Positions 12,411 to 25,285 of a stretch of 64,000 nucleotides of DNA are shown in pieces. This stretch comes from Octopus sinensis (Eukaryota), in NCBI RefSeq assembly GCF_006345805.1, contig NC_043006.1:5890001-5954000 (forward strand). Direction: 5' to 3'. The notes under the pieces are model-generated. The model was not told where the DNA came from, searched no databases, and was given only the letters and a program-made list of their open reading frames with translations. How positions within the stretch are numbered: position 1 is the first letter of the stretch; each line of letters starts with the position of its first letter. A program made the translations under genes and the position numbers.

Positions 12411-12659
12411 ATTAAATATCATGCTATAAGGTTATCATCCAGATAATATTATATCGTGTGTGTGTAAAATGATGGTAATTTCCGCGCAGTCGAATCGTGG
12501 AATCGTGGAATCGAACACCATAGCATAGTTGGAGAAATTTTCTGTTAAACATTGCCTTGTTAATAATATAAAGGGAAATTATTTCAGCAGCAGTGTGTGG
12601 AGTAACAGATATTAACAAAGAAACATATCATAACTCCTAAGACGATTGGTTGAGGACGA

Positions 12660-12761
12660 GTGTGTGTGTGTGTATGTGTGTGTGTGTGTGTGTGTTGTGT
12701 GTGTATGTGTTGTGTGTGTGTTTGTGTGTGTGTGTATGTGTGTGTGTGTGTGGTGTGTGTG

Positions 12762-12790
<29 letters not shown>
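12660..12790. repeat. (TG)n microsatellite
   Basis: Direct reading. Confidence 0.95.
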
Positions 12791-12792
<2 letters not shown>

Positions 12793-13248
12793 CCTCCCAA
12801 TAGATGAATGCATTACTACTCAATGACAAAACTAACATCTGGGTACTCAAAACGGTGAGCAGTTCACATTGGAATAGCTATTTGCATTTAGATCGACAGG
12901 ATATGAATTACCATTACTTTTGTAAGTTGGCTGTCGCTATAACAATAAAGGTAACAGGAAAATATGTTATACTAGCATAGCCATACCATAAATAATTATG
13001 ACATTTTACAAGAAATTGCTGAAAGTGGTATTTCACAATTTCATCGACGTAACTTATATTCCATACATTTGATACAGATTTATAGAGTAAGAATAATTAA
13101 TTTTTTGTTGAGAATTCTTTGAAGGCTTCAATCCAAGAATTACATCATTTGATCTGTTTTAATATTTTATTGATGTTAAAACACTAAAAACTTTTTTTTT
13201 CACTTCAATTCTTGAAGATTTCTCCCAGCTACTATTTTATTTCATCTA

Positions 13249-13455
13249 AGGCAGCGAGCTGGCAGAATCGGTTGCACGCTGGTCAAAAGACTGCTGCATT
13301 TCGTCCGTCTTCACGTTCTCAGTTCAAATTCCGCAGAGGTCGACTTTGCCTTTCATCCTTTCGGAGTCGAGGAAATAAGTACCAGTTGAGTCAATAAGTA
13401 GCAGGGTCAATGTAATCGGCTAGCACCCTCCCCCAAATTTCATGACTTGTGTCTG
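13249..13455 (+). mobile_element. SINE family B (tRNA-derived), older subtype
   Basis: GGC.GCGAGCTGGCAGAA head, GTTCAAATTCC B-box, GAGGTCGACTTTGCCTTTCATCCTTTCGG.GTCGA.AAATAAGTACCAG central domain. Confidence 0.85.
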
Positions 13456-13804
13456 TAGTGAGCATACACTATCAAAAAAAAGAAATGATTCACACACACA
13501 TATATTAAAAGTTATTCATTTTAAGGACTTATGCCAAGAATTACAGGTAAGTTTTGCGGAGCTTACTGCCCATGGCTTGTTTCATATACGAATGATATCA
13601 CCGACAGAATCACTTGTGAATTTTCGTTCTTAAAAGGAGTTTAGTTCTCTTCGTTAGTTCTACTGCTGAACAATGTGATAAAAGAAAACTATGTAAGCAA
13701 TGAATATAAGTGAAGAATTTAGCGAGACAAAAAGGATCACTTACATACATAAACATATATACATACACACGTATGCACACAAACATGTGCGCGTGCACGC
13801 ACAC

Positions 13805-13805
13805 A

Positions 13806-13893
<88 letters not shown>
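13805..13893. repeat. (CA)n(TA)n microsatellite
   Basis: Direct reading. Confidence 0.95.
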
Positions 13894-13896
<3 letters not shown>

Positions 13897-14862
13897 AGCA
13901 CACACATCTATATGTATGTATGTAGTGAAAGTCAACTCTTGATCGAGTAAGACTGCTTCATAAACTCAGTAAGTCCGTGCGCTGCACTTCAGATATTTTT
14001 TATACGAATTTACCATCTTGAAGAAATTTTAAACGAGAACTAGAGGCCTTCAACTCCAATAGTACACATGCTGAAACCCTAACAGGTGCTACTATTCCGA
14101 GTCAGAGTAGACCTTGGAAAAATAGCTTAGAGATGGTTCTACACTCTTCAAAGGCCTGGAACTCCTATATCACGGCCCTACTATCTGTTGCAGTTTAAGG
14201 TCATACCCATACATACATAATGGCTGCCCCCTCGTTATCGAGTATGGCCATTGCACGAATCTTAACTGTTATTGATGCTGTGATCGAATGTGACTTTTAT
14301 TTGCTTTATAAGGCTACATCCAGCCATTCAGTTGAGACTCACAGCACCATCAACAATCATGAACAATGTTGTTATCGTGCAATGCCTGTGCAAGAAGATT
14401 TTTTTAAAGCGAGGAAAGGCTGTGCACTGAGTCAATCCCACTCACTAAGCAACAGCAGCCATAATCCGAAAAGAAGAACAAGTCAACATCATCGGTAACC
14501 ACTGAGCCGCAGGTTTTATGTCGGAGTTACCTGAGTTACCTTCTCCTAGAAGGATGCCCTAACAAAGGCCAGGAGTCCTTCACTCCCAATGGTTTAACCG
14601 CGCGATCGGGTATTCAGTCCGATTATTTCTATGTCCCTGCGCATGATACGGCCTCAAGCTTTAAGAGAAAAAAAATACATATTTATCGGATGGCCGTTGA
14701 CTCTCAACAGTTCCTCCGCCCTTTGACGGGTTTTGTTTTTCATCCCGTACGGTGTCCAATAATCACCCTCCTCACCGACCATGCAACAGGTTGTACTGGG
14801 TTACATGTTACCAGTAGCACATACATACATACATACATACACACACACATACAAACATTTAT

Positions 14863-14934
<72 letters not shown>

Positions 14935-14969
14935 TATATATATAATATATATATATATATATGTGTGTG

Positions 14970-15047
<78 letters not shown>

Positions 15048-15051
<4 letters not shown>

Positions 15052-15394
15052 GGGGTAAAGACCCCCTTCGGTCAGGCACTGACCATGGGTTTGCACCTAG
15101 AGAGATACCCTCTGAGGCACAAGTCTGGGCAAGGTTGTTTTATGGAAGACCAGCAGTCGCCCATGCATACCAGCCTCCCCTCTCCACGTCACCGATGTTG
15201 TCCAAGGGAAAGGCAAGGGCCGATACAGCTTGGCACCTGTGACGTCGCAACTCATTTCTACAGCTGAGTGAACTGGAGCAACGTGAAATAAAGTGCCTTG
15301 CTCAAGAACACAACACGCAGCCCCGTCCGGGATTCGAGCTCACAACCTCACGATCGTAAGCTCGACGCTCTAACCACTGAGCCATGCGCCTTCA
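15048..15394 (-). mobile_element. SINE family C1 (tRNA head plus conserved central domain)
   Basis: Minus strand GGCGCATGGCTCAGTGGTTAGAGC (A box), GCTCGAATCC (B box-like), then TTGAGCAAGGCACTTTATTTCACGTTGCTCCAG.TCACTCAGCTG. Confidence 0.88.
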
Positions 15395-15828
15395 TATATA
15401 TATATATATTTAGTAAACGCGAAATGCTGTCTACATTTACTCTAAATTTGCTCTACCTTTTTGGAATCACGATGATCTCAGGATTAAAAATCTGCCCTTC
15501 ATTTAGTTCTTGAACATCTAGCATTGGGTCTGATTTAAAAGCATTTGGGTTGCTATTTCTAGCAGGAAAACTTGGCTAATTTATGCCATTTTGGTTGACG
15601 TTTGTCAGATAACGTCAGAGATGAAGGGGAAGATAAATGACATTCGCTTCGTTAATTTTACGTCGAGATAAGAACTTTGAGACAAATTGGCCAACAGTTG
15701 GAATTCAAATTGGTACTGGAACAATAGAATGTCAGTATTACAGAATTAATTCTCATCCGTCCTTAACCTCTGATCAAACACCACCGGAGTCTATAGTCGC
15801 TATAGACACACACACACACACACACACG

Positions 15829-15891
<63 letters not shown>

Positions 15892-15926
15892 TATATATAT
15901 AATATATATATATATATATGTGTGTG

Positions 15927-16004
<78 letters not shown>

Positions 16005-16008
<4 letters not shown>

Positions 16009-16351
16009 GGGGTAAAGACCCCCTTCGGTCAGGCACTGACCATGGGTTTGCACCTAGAGAGATACCCTCTGAGGCACAAGTCTGGGCAAGGTTGTTTTAT
16101 GGAAGACCAGCAGTCGCCCATGCATACCAGCCTCCCCTCTCCACGTCACCGATGTTGTCCAAGGGAAAGGCAAGGGCCGATACAGCTTGGCACCTGTGAC
16201 GTCGCAACTCATTTCTACAGCTGAGTGAACTGGAGCAACGTGAAATAAAGTGCCTTGCTCAAGAACACAACACGCAGCCCCGTCCGGGATTCGAGCTCAC
16301 AACCTCACGATCGTAAGCTCGACGCTCTAACCACTGAGCCATGCGCCTTCA
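16005..16351 (-). mobile_element. SINE family C1, duplicate copy within tandem unit 2
   Basis: Identical to 15048-15394. Confidence 0.88.
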
Positions 16352-16780
16352 TATATATATATATATTTAGTAAACGCGAAATGCTGTCTACATTTACTCT
16401 AAATTTGCTCTACCTTTTTGGAATCACGATGATCTCAGGATTAAAAATCTGCCCTTCATTTAGTTCTTGAACATCTAGCATTGGGGTCTGATTTAAAAGC
16501 ATTTGGGTTGCTATTTCTAGCAGGGAAAACTTGGCTAATTTATGCCATTTTGGTTGACGTTTGTCAGATAACGTCAGAGATGAAGGGGAAGATAAATGAC
16601 ATTCGCTTCGTTAATTTTACGTCGAGATAAGAACTTTGAGACAAATTGGCCAACAGTTGGAATTCAAATTGGTACTGGAACAATAGAATGTCAGTATTAC
16701 AGAATTAATTCTCATCCGTCCTTAACCTCTGATCAAACACCACCGGAGTCTATAGTCGCTATAGACACACACACACACAC

Positions 16781-16905
<125 letters not shown>

Positions 16906-17066
16906 CCTGCTCGCTTAGCCAGCGGGGTGGCGTCATTCGAAGGCTAAAACAATGCGAACGCATTGTGACCAGCGATGTGTAACAACATCTTATGGTCTGG
17001 TCGGCCACGTGATCACGTGATATATATATACATATATATATATATATATTATATATATATATATAC

Positions 17067-17109
<43 letters not shown>

Positions 17110-17774
17110 TATACATATATAAATATCTCTTTTGAATTATCTTATTCAAGCAAGCAAGAAAAACAAATTTTATATATATATATATATATTATGTACGTAT
17201 GTATGTATGTATCTATCTATCTATCTATCTATGTATGCATGCATGCAATTAATTCGTATGCAGAACGGAAAGCAAATAAAAAATACTTTATATTTCAAAA
17301 TGACGATGTCTTCGGCGAGATTCTCAATTCAAAGTCAGATCTCCGGTAGCGAAATAAGTGAAGAGCAAATGATTCATTGAAGCATAAACGTAGTAGTTCA
17401 ACAGTTAATGATTCCGTTATCACAAGAGGAACAGTCGAGAGGAAAAGCTTTTGTTTTGGCTGAAACTACAGAAATCGATCGATGGTAAATTTCATTAAAC
17501 ATCTTCGGACATTCCTAAGAAAATTTTAAGTATTTTGTGTAAAGCTTCGCTGTGTAAAACAGGTTTTATTTTAGGAAAATTGGGTCATTTGTGATTAGAA
17601 GATGTTAAATGCACTTTAGTAAATCGATATCTTACTTAAGAATTTCATTGAGAGAACTGTCTGGAGAAAATGTTAGTCGCTGTTATTTTTATTCAGAAAA
17701 CACTGAAAACCGTGGCAGGTATGTACTATTGTAAAAAATATTGATTTCTTGTTTAGGGACGACAATACAACAGC

Positions 17775-17880
17775 TAGAGCTGGGAAGGAATTGTTGATAA
17801 TATCGAAACCAATATTTAACTGGTACTTATTTTATCGACCCTAGAAATATGGCATAGTCAGCCATGGTGACATTCAAACT
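17775..17880 (-). mobile_element. SINE family B degraded fragment
   Basis: CTGGTACTTATTTTATCGACCC is the reverse complement of the family B core. Confidence 0.55.
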
Positions 17881-18522
17881 GCAGTGTATTAATATTGATC
17901 AGTCGCTTAACAAGAACATGTAGAGCAGTCAGTCATAAAGACTCTAATGTATTACTGATACTAGTTTTAGTAAAATATGCATTGATGAAAGTTTTTAGAA
18001 TGGTGTCTTGGACAAGCATGTGAATCTATAATTGTAGATTAATGGTGATTAATGTTGATCAATGTTCATTACCTTAACAAAAATAACAGGTTCATAGAGC
18101 TGACCTACTACATAGCACTCAACTATAGCATTTTTCACCTGACCAATAATGTAATGTATTGATCTATATTGATCACTGTACAGTCCTACAACACCATTAC
18201 ATCTAATCGCTAATGCATAACTTCTCACCAAGTAACACACTCTATCTAAATACTCAGAGCATAAAAGTTGCCCAGTAACGTGAAACATTTCTCACACTAA
18301 GTTTGACTAATATCACATACTAATAACAGGGTGTATCTGACCAGTATCATAATATTTAACCTTTAACAAACTTCATCGCACCAATGAAAATACACCTCAC
18401 AGGTAACTAACAACATTTCAGGAATAAAACACTGCAGCTTACCACTCAAATACTGGAATCGATATTATTGACTAATCCCCTACTCTCAAAGTTATCAATT
18501 ATTATTACTATTATAATTATCA

Positions 18523-18570
18523 AGGTGAGGAGCTGGCAGAATCGTAACCACGCCGGAGAAAATGCTTAGT
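18523..18570 (+). mobile_element. SINE family B head only, cut off by Dong fragment
   Basis: AAGGTGAGGAGCTGGCAGAATCGTAACCACGCCGG..AAATGCTTAG. Confidence 0.7.
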
Positions 18571-18782
18571 CTGGAAGATATCTCTCTTGATTTTCACCTC
18601 TCCTAATACTTGATACCCTGCTGTCAATTCCGTTCGTTCTCTAGCATTTCATGCTTTTCCATATAAGGCTTCTCATATGTTCTGCTACTCCATACATTTC
18701 CATTGTTCCAGGCATGTGGTATCACATCGTATGCTTTACGATAGTCAACCCATGCCATGCTCAGGTTTGTGTGTCTTCTCTT
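18571..18782 (-). mobile_element. R4/Dong LINE RT fragment (second subfamily)
   Basis: Minus strand reads RRHTNLSMAWVDYRKAYDVIPHAW...ELTAG...LGEVKIKRDIFQ. Confidence 0.8.
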
Positions 18783-18803
18783 TATTGTTATTGTTGTATT
18801 GTT

Positions 18804-21063
18804 TTACTTCTCAGAACGTTCGGTCTTGTTTGTTCTGGTGGATTCTGTGAGAGCGGACTGCAGCTTACTGCCAGAGGTTTCACGGGATTTCTTTCCGCAC
18901 ATAAGCTTTGATATTTGGTTGTTAATTATCGTGGGAGACATTCAGCATCCACGTTTCAATCTCAACGTCCTAGCTTGCTCTGCTCTCATGTCAATTCCGA
19001 TTTCGTTGGCATATTTCTTGGACTTGGTTGTTACAACTACTGGAATAACAGACACTCGCCTCATAATCAACATTCTTGCAATTTCGTCTTTTAGTAATCT
19101 GTATTTTTCAGTCTTTTCTATTTCGTTGTCCCTTATGCGTGCATCTCCAGCTATTGCAATATCTATGATCTTGGTTTCCTTTTTTCCTTCATCTACCACA
19201 ACAATATCTGATCTCCGAGCCTCGATTAGGGGGTCACATCGGATTGTAAAATCCCACAGTATCTTACGCTCTTTGTTCTCGATGACTCCTTCTGGTTCAT
19301 GCTCGTACCATTTCTATTCTCTGTTCAGGCCGTACTTTACACATAGCCTCCAGTGGACGAATTTAGCCACGTTATCATGCCTCCTTTTGTAATGTTTTTG
19401 GGCCAAATTCCTACACTCATTCACAATATGTGAAATTGTTTCGTTTCTGCTGCTACACATCTTACAAAGGTGAGATTCGCTACTCTTATCTGTTTGGAAC
19501 TTGGTGTAATTAGTTCTCAGGGCTTGTTCCTGGGCACTGCATATCAATGCATCCTTTCAGATCACTTTCAGTGCATCCTTTCAGATCACTATTTCTTATC
19601 CATCTCCAAGTGTTGATCTTGTCTTTTCCTTCCATTTCTCTGAGATATTGTCCATGAAGTGGTTTCATTTTCCAGTTGCTTACTTTTTCTTCATCTTGTT
19701 TCTTAAATGTTTGTGGGTGCATCACATTTTCGACGGGTATTATATTGTATTTTCTAACAGCGGCAAGCAAGGATTCACCCTGCTGTTTAATGTTCCATCC
19801 CAGGCTATTCTCCTCGTTGACAACACAAATCTTACATCCTATGAGACCACTTCCACTCCTCTTTCAGTATCAGTTTTGGGGCGTAGTTCCTTGTTTCATC
19901 ACTTTTCTAGTTTTCCTGTCCATTTTCTCAAGCTCGTTCTTTGTTCACCTATCAACACCTGCGCCGTATTGCATTAAGGGAACAGCCCATGTGTTCATTA
20001 CCCTGATTTTGCTTTTTCCATTACGTCTACTTCCCATAATTAACTTGGTTCTTCTGAGATATTCTCACCTAAAGCTTTCCTTATTTCATTTTCCTTGATT
20101 TTGTCATATTCTTAAATCCCCAGATATTTATATCTATTAGTCTCAATATCCTTGATTTTCTCGCCGTTGGAGAGCTCTACACCATCAGACGACACTACTT
20201 TGCCTCTTTGTATTATAAGCATACCAAACTTTTTAGTCCCAAATTCCACTCCGATATCCTTACTGAATATCTGCACTGTTGAAACTAGGCCATTTATTCC
20301 ACGTTCGGACTTTCCAAAGATCTTTAAATCATCCATATATAACAGATGATTTAATTTTGCTCCACTTTTCAGGGTGTATCCCAATGTCACTTTCCGTAGT
20401 GTCTGTGTGAGAGATATCATACAAATCACAAACATCAATGGTGATAGGCTATATTCTTGAAATATGCCTCTTTTGATGTTAACTGTAGCCAAAAGTTTTC
20501 CACGTGAAGTTAACTCTGTAGTCCAGTTTTTCATTGATCTCCTAATAAAATTTGATATGTTATCAGACACCTGTACCAACTCAAGATTTTCTAAATTCCA
20601 GGAATGGGAGACCGTGTCATATGCTTTCTTATAATCGATCCACACCATTCCCAGATTAGTAAATCTTTTCTTGCAGTCGTTCCATACCATTCTGTCTATC
20701 AGAAGTTGGTCTTTTATCCCTCAGCTTTTCCTTCTGCATCCTTTCTGTTTCACTGGCAGTTTGTCATTCATTTCCAGGAAGTTATACACATAATTAGATA
20801 TTATTCCTGCCATCAGCTTCCACATCAGGGGCAGACAAGTGTTAGGCCGGTATCCACTGCACTGCCTTTGCTGGGATCCTTTTGGCAAAGAATTGTTTTA
20901 CTTGTGGTCAGCCACTTTGGGATTTGTACACCGTTGTTGACCGTTTTATCCATTTGCATGGCTATTCTTCTGTGAAGTGTTGGAAAATTTTTCAGCCAAT
21001 ATTCTTGCACCCCATCCGGTTCTGGGCATTTCCAGTTTGGGACCTTTGTTGTCTGCTCGGTTA
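18804..21063 (-). mobile_element. R4/Dong-clade non-LTR retrotransposon (RT, CCHC knuckle, restriction-like endonuclease), 5'-truncated, decayed
   Basis: PNWK.P.PDGVQ.YWLK, WIDYKKAYD.V.H, RGIFQ..SLSPL, NHLLYMDDLK, YKYLG, CKMC...ETISHIVNEC..LAQKHYKRRHD.VA, RRSDIVVVD..K...IIDIAI..D (PD-(D/E)xK-type), 3' UTR with short (AAC/AAT) tail. Confidence 0.92.
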
Positions 21064-21067
21064 CCAT

Positions 21068-21126
<59 letters not shown>

Positions 21127-21155
21127 ATACTACTACTACTACTACTCTGCTGCTG

Positions 21156-21207
<52 letters not shown>

Positions 21208-21228
21208 AGCTACTACTACTACTACTAT
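21064..21228. repeat. (TAC)n microsatellite at the Dong 5' junction
   Basis: Direct reading. Confidence 0.95.
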
Positions 21229-21229
21229 T

Positions 21230-21482
21230 GGCAGTGAGCTGACAGAATCATTAGCATGCCGGGCAAAATGCTTTGCGATATTTCATCCATCTTTACGTTC
21301 TGAGTTTAAATGCCGCAGAGGTCGACTTAGCCTTTCATCCTTTAGAGGTCGATAAAATAAGTACCAGTTGAGCGTTGGGATCGATGTACTCGACTAGCCT
21401 CCTTCCCCGAACTTGCTGGACTAGCCTCCTTCCCCGAACTCGACTAGCCTCCTTCCCCGAACTTGCCAAAATTTCAAACCAT
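21230..21482 (+). mobile_element. SINE family B older subtype with triplicated tail segment
   Basis: Family B head and core; GACTAGCCTCCTTCCCCGAACT occurs three times. Confidence 0.85.
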
Positions 21483-21787
21483 TATTTTTTTTCTTCAATA
21501 AGTTAAGTTTCTTCGGTACCACCTGATGGCACATCTGTGTTCCTAGGGTGTGTACAACACTGTGTATTTCGCGGTCGATAAAATAAGTATCAGCCAAGTA
21601 CTAGGGTCGGTACTCCATCTCCCCAAATTGCTGGTCTTGTGCCTAAAATATAAACAATTAAGGATAGGGGATTCGTAGAATCGTTATGGCGTTAGCAGCC
21701 CCTCCGCTGCCCTCCCCACTCTACACCGGTAATACAAGTGGCCAAGAATTTCTGGAAGTTCTTATCAATCAATCATTGACAGGAAAA

Positions 21788-22021
21788 AGGCGGCGAGCTG
21801 GCAGAAACGTTAGCACGCCGGGTGAAATGCGTAGCCGTATTTCGTCTGCCGTTACTTTCTGAGTTCAAATTCCGCCGAGGTCGACTTTGCCTTTCATCCT
21901 TTCGGGGTCGATAAATTAAGTACCAGTTACGCAGTGGGGTCGATGTAATCGACTTAATCCGTTTGTCTGTCCTTGTTCGTCCCCTCTATGTGTTTAGCCC
22001 CTTGTAAGTAGAAAAGAAATA
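21788..22021 (+). mobile_element. SINE family B young subtype, full-length with TSD
   Basis: Consensus match; 18-bp TSD CAATC(A/G)TTGACAGGAAAA at 21770-21787 and 22022-22039 with one mismatch. Confidence 0.95.
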
Positions 22022-23273
22022 CAATCGTTGACAGGAAAATCCGCTAGAATAACCTATTCTGATTGCCTTCGTTGGTGCCCGGTCCTCCGGTCACTCAATT
22101 CCACGAATATATTTCCACTCAATGTTGTTTTATCTTGAATTTAAATTCCATCTAAATCATATTTTTGCATTTTTCGTCCCTTCTGTGTTCATCAAATCAA
22201 CATAGAACTGTATAAATCAATACCAGTTATAAATTGTGGCCTATTTCATTTGTTATGCGGAACATTAGACTTGTTACCCTTTAGTAAAAAAATTAAATTG
22301 AAGTACAAATCAATTTCTAATGAGAGCAACAAACAATAAAAATAAAGTTGTCAGATGACAATATCTTCGATTTTTAAGATCAGTGTCGCCACAAATATAA
22401 TATCTACGTCAGGTCGAAACAAGTTCTTTTTGTTCTTTGTTTTGTCTTTAATGATAAATTTCTAAATAAATTTTTATTATTATTTTTCCTGCTTGCCTTC
22501 AGATAGACACAAATGTTAAAAAAAATATTTTTGAAACTCACACTGTTATGCTGCTGTTTCTCGGATCAATAATCAATAAAACGATCAATAATCTATAAAG
22601 AAATACTTTTGATCTCTGCTTGATATCACCTTCTTGCAGATAGATAGGAAAAAGAGCGGAAACAAGAGGAGTGGAAGGAGTTACCGAACTTTTTTGTGAA
22701 TCTGTACGTAACTTGGTAATGTTGAGTAGAGAACAAGGACTTGGTGAAACGTGTTGTGAATCAGATTAACAGGAGGTTATTCTATTTATCTTCTGCAGAT
22801 GTCTGCATCGACGCTTTCAATGCTGAAAACAATGGAACATAAATCAATATTTTATTATCGAAACTTTTCCCAGGGGTTTCATTCTGCATGGAGAATAAAT
22901 AGTTAAGTGCGAACCGCGATACTTAATATAGTGAGCTAAAAATGAATGCTAATCAATCGAAATTACATTTGTAAACATAACCGCCTTCCTTGGCGGATGA
23001 AAAGTTACTGTCATTGATGAAAATCTTTGCCAAAGAATAGAATAGAGAGAACTTTGAAATTTGAATCGTTAAAATTATGTTTATTCCACTTTCGAAATGT
23101 TTGCATTGCAAGACAAGCTGCCTTATACAAAACAATGACCCCTTGTTTAAAAAGAGATAGCAAATAAGAACCCTTACCGATAACGAGAAGTTTAAAACCA
23201 TCAAAATGTGCGAAATAACTTTTACACCATTCCCTTCAACTGTCAAATGCTGCATCTTGATATATTTATTCCC

Positions 23274-23650
23274 GTGGTAAGTAGCTTGCTTACCAACCAC
23301 ATTGTTCCGGGTTCTGTCCCACTGTGTAGCACCTTGGGCAATTGTCTTCTACTAAGCCTTGTGAATGGATTTGGTAGACGGAAACTGAAAGAAGCCCGTC
23401 GTATATATGTATATATTTATATGTATATGTGTGTATATGTTTGTGTGTCCATGTTTGTCCCCCCAACATCGCTTGACGACTGATGCTGGTGTGTTTACGT
23501 CACCGTAACTTAGCAGTTCGGCAAAAGAGACCGATATAATAAATACTAGGCTTGCAAAGAATAAGTCCTGGGGGTCGATTTGCTCGACTAAAGGCGGTGC
23601 TCCAGCATGGCCGCAATCAATTGACTGAAACAAGTAAAATAGAAAGAGTA
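23274..23650 (+). mobile_element. SINE family A, near full-length with internal deletion
   Basis: Consensus match. Confidence 0.9.
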
Positions 23651-24494
23651 AATGAGAAAGGTTCATTAATGTTTCTATTACTAGTGAAAATGATTTTATC
23701 TACAGACCGGTGTCTATTTTATCGATTCCACCGAGATACGACCTTAGAGAGTTAAATGATAAACCCATATACAAACCGATAGTATTTTAATGTGCTTCTG
23801 CCATTTTATTTAGACACTTGAAAATTAAATACTGCAAAGCGATTGAAAATGCACCTCCTTATTTTCAAAGCTGTATGGAAATGCATAGAAACTTGTTCGA
23901 CCTGAAACCACAGGGAATATAAGGAGTTTATGCACATCTATTAGAAGAAAATGAAGACGGGATCCCTTAAAATCTTCCTCCAAGCCAGCAATCCAAGAAG
24001 AAACTTACGAAGTCATATTTCGTTCATCTCTAAATATTCAGAATGGTTCTTGAGATGTAGAGTAAATTCGTCAACCATTCTAACACCATTCTCTCGCTCT
24101 TTAATGCCTTTAAAGGGGAGTCGCCACTTTTGCATGCAATTGAGCCCGCTCTCTGACGTGAGGATATTTTTATTTCCACCGGTGCCTAGGGTCCAGAAGA
24201 GGTCTCAGGCCTTTCCTTCTTTTTTTTTTTTACTCATCCAATAACAAAATACACATCTCAAACGACAGGAAAATGTTTGAATTACAGTACATTATAATAT
24301 ATGTGATTTTCAACTAAAGAACATGTTTCGACATGCATAATGGTGACTCATCATGTAACTATGTCACACAACAAACATTGATTGAGTTATGAATGCTTTC
24401 TACATTATTCTATAAATCAATTCTTCTATCACTTAAGATTAGCTGAGAATGTTACGCTTTTCAGCGTCAATTCAGTCACTATTTCTGTTCTTGG

Positions 24495-24600
24495 CACCGT
24501 GGTGGACCTAGCCGATCAATAAAGTAAATACCAGATATGTAATCGACTAAATTTGTTGAAGGCGGTACCCCCAATATAATAGCAGCTCAGTGACTGAAAC
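24495..24600 (+). mobile_element. Degraded SINE fragment joining B-like core to A-like tail
   Basis: GATCAATAAAGTAAATACCAG..GTAATCGACT followed by AAGGCGGTACCCC..GTGACTGAAAC. Confidence 0.45.
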
Positions 24601-24940
24601 GACCTCTGTGTGAAATATTAAGCAATTTTCCAATCTAAAGTGTTCTGATATAACAACGGAGTGGAAGAGTCAGGTTGGTTATTTAAAAGCATACGAAAGC
24701 CATTACATTCGTTTTAAATAGGAATGTTTATTGTGAAGTATCAAAAAATTTCATCGCAATTACGTGGTCTGATCACTGATACAATTCCACAGTAGTGATG
24801 CCGAAGAAATGTGTCAGTAATCAGGTCGTAGGGGTGCGGCCAACGAACATGTTAGTGACAAGGCTGCTGAAGTGGAACCAACATCCTTAACACATCATAA
24901 TATTTAGAAATAATGAAAGGAAATTTAAAAGTTTTTATAT

Positions 24941-25096
24941 GATTAGTAGTAGTCGATAAAGAGAATAGAAAGTGCCAGATAATTGACTTTACAGTCCCAA
25001 ATGATGAAAAAAATCAATATGTGAGATATAGAAAAAACAGCAAAGTACCAGGACCCAGCCATTGAATTACGGGGACTATGGAAAGTGCGGGTAAAA
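24941..25096 (+). mobile_element. R4/Dong RLE-domain fragment, local duplicate of 27535-27770
   Basis: VVDKENRKCQIIDFTVPND..EK..KYQD.AIEL; roughly 90% identical by eye to 27621-27768. Confidence 0.85.
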
Positions 25097-25111
25097 GTTT
25101 TTATTTCTTTT

Positions 25112-25285
25112 ATCTTTAACTTGTTTCAGCCACTAGAATGCGGCCAATAATTTTTTGTTATCTTTTATTTAAAGCCTAGTACTTATTCTATCGGTCTTTT
25201 TGACGAACCGCTAGGTTACGGAGACATAAACGCACCAACACCGGTTGTCAAGTGGTGGTGGGGTACAAAGACTAACACAAACACA
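25112..25285 (-). mobile_element. SINE family A 3' fragment
   Basis: CCTAGTACTTATTCTATCGGTC..GAACCGCTA.GTTACGG matches family A reverse complement. Confidence 0.75.

Larger units (their letters stand above)
14862..16765 (+). repeat. Tandem duplication, two ~957-959 bp units
   Basis: Identical ORF pairs offset 957/959 bp (14961/15918, 15298/16255, 15637/16596); units bounded by (AC)n(AT)n tracts. Confidence 0.95.

Noticed and set aside
18757-19392. 211-aa plus-strand ORF, and similar ones at 19676, 43164 and 20604
   Set aside because: Antisense shadows of decayed Dong and Tx1 coding regions.
22620-22900. Pyrimidine tract plus CAG acceptors suggesting exons on either strand
   Set aside because: All frames close quickly or give unrecognisable peptides; no consistent donor-acceptor pair.
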